Of a DNA stretch of 64,000 nt, positions 62,981-64,000 are shown piece after piece (positions within the stretch are counted from its first letter, which is position 1; each line of letters opens with the position of its first letter). Under the pieces are notes generated by a model. The model was not told the origin of the DNA, searched no databases, and saw only the letters and a list, made by a program, of their open reading frames with translations. Source of the DNA: an uncultured Rivularia sp. (lineage in GTDB: Bacteria > Cyanobacteriota > Cyanobacteriia > Cyanobacteriales > Nostocaceae); contig OY762007.1 of NCBI GenBank assembly GCA_963665115.1, positions 8,064,001-8,128,000 on the forward strand. Reading direction: 5' to 3'. Made by a program: the position numbers and the translations under genes.

Positions 62981-64000
62981 TCACTGTTCCCAATTCTTTC
63001 CACGTTCAACAGCACGCAGCCAAATAGCATAATTATCTTGAATATTATTAGCATCAAGATTTGGCTCAAATACTTTTTCTATAATTCTTTGATTTATCAA
63101 TTGTGAATAATCATTCCATAAACCGATTGTCAATCCTGCCGCAAATGCAATACCTTGTACTGTGGTATCTCGCATTACTGGTTGTTCTATGGGAATGCCT
63201 AATAAGTCAGCTTGAAACTGCATTAAAAAATTATTATTGGAAGCACCACCATCTACAGCTAACTTTCCGATGGAAGTTTTGCTAGATGAATTAATTGCTT
63301 CTACAACTTCTTTCACTTGATAAGCAATTGCTTCTAATACAGAACGAACCATATGTTCTCTGGTGACACCAGCAGTAACTCCTAAAAAAGCACCTCTAGC
63401 ACTCATATCCCAATGAGGTGCCCCCAATCCACTTAATGCAGGGACAAAATAGACTCCACCATTGTCCTCTACTTGAATTGCCATCGTTTCTGTTTGATCT
63501 GCTGTCTCAATCAATTGCATACCATCGCGTAACCATTGTATACAAGCGCCACTAGTAAACATACTGCCTTCAAGAGCGTAGTTGATATCTAAAGAACCGC
63601 TTTTATTGACTTGAGTCCACGCAACAGTACTCAAAAGCTGACTTTGCGATCGCACTATTTCTGAGCCTGTATGAGCAACTAAAAAGCTACCAGTACCGTA
63701 AGTGCATTTCATCAAGCCGGGAGCATTGCAACCATGACCGAATAAAGATGCTTGTTGATCGCCTAAAATAGCAGTAATAGGAATTTCGACTTCGAGCAAA
63801 GCTCGATCGGTAACTCCAAATTGGCTCAAACTGGGCTGAATTTGGGGTAAGATATGACGAGGAATTTTAAATAAATTTAATAGCCTTTCGTCCCAATCGC
63901 AAGTTTCCAGATTCATCAACATTGTTCGACTAGCATTGCTATGATCGGTTGCATGAACCTTTCCACCAGTCAGATTCCACAGCACCCAAGTATCGATTGT
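62981..64000 (-). CDS. glpK: Glycerol kinase (5' end outside window)
   Basis: TDHSNASRT, GDQQASLFG, KCTYGTG, YALEG, GLGAPHWD, VDGGA. Confidence 0.95.
   Translation of the reverse strand, partial: TIDTWVLWNLTGGKVHATDHSNASRTMLMNLETCDWDERLLNLFKIPRHILPQIQPSLSQFGVTDRALLEVEIPITAILGDQQASLFGHGCNAPGLMKCTYGTGSFLVAHTGSEIVRSQSQLLSTVAWTQVNKSGSLDINYALEGSMFTSGACIQWLRDGMQLIETADQTETMAIQVEDNGGVYFVPALSGLGAPHWDMSARGAFLGVTAGVTREHMVRSVLEAIAYQVKEVVEAINSSSKTSIGKLAVDGGASNNNFLMQFQADLLGIPIEQPVMRDTTVQGIAFAAGLTIGLWNDYSQLINQRIIEKVFEPNLDANNIQDNYAIWLRAVERGKNWEQ

Noticed and set aside
1355..63654. GCGATCGC octamer repeated about 20 times
   Set aside because: This is the well-known cyanobacterial HIP1 sequence; useful for taxonomy only

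Overview
AT-rich chromosomal window from a heterocyst-forming cyanobacterium (Nostocales, plausibly Rivulariaceae). The assignment rests on many HIP1 octamers (GCGATCGC), heptamer STRR tracts, a split DnaE N-intein and an flv3B-flv1B-type pair. Housekeeping genes (aas, pdhC, dnaE-N, flv, glpK, a carotenoid dioxygenase) alternate with accessory modules: an nSTAND-WD40 protein, a trypsin-PPC/COP23/double-trypsin-TPR cluster, an Lrp-linked flavin/thiol redox operon, a decayed YefM-YoeB-type pair, a membrane spermidine-synthase/DUF4178 cluster with a Gly-rich peptide, and three paralogous methyltransferases. Eight genes are split by single +1 insertions, mostly in homopolymers, which are probably sequencing errors. 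The most interesting region is 28.9-37.2 kb. It holds a sigma-70-like gene plus DUF1822, a membrane pentapeptide-CHAT protease, and two RTX-type cargo genes. The same bipartite motif, TTTGTATAAA-N17-GATTAA, occurs three times: before the sigma-like gene and before each cargo gene. This suggests a self-contained protease/anti-sigma/sigma regulon whose cargo unit has been duplicated or swapped. No rRNA, tRNA, CRISPR array, transposase or reverse transcriptase was seen. All family assignments come from motif recognition by eye, not database searches.
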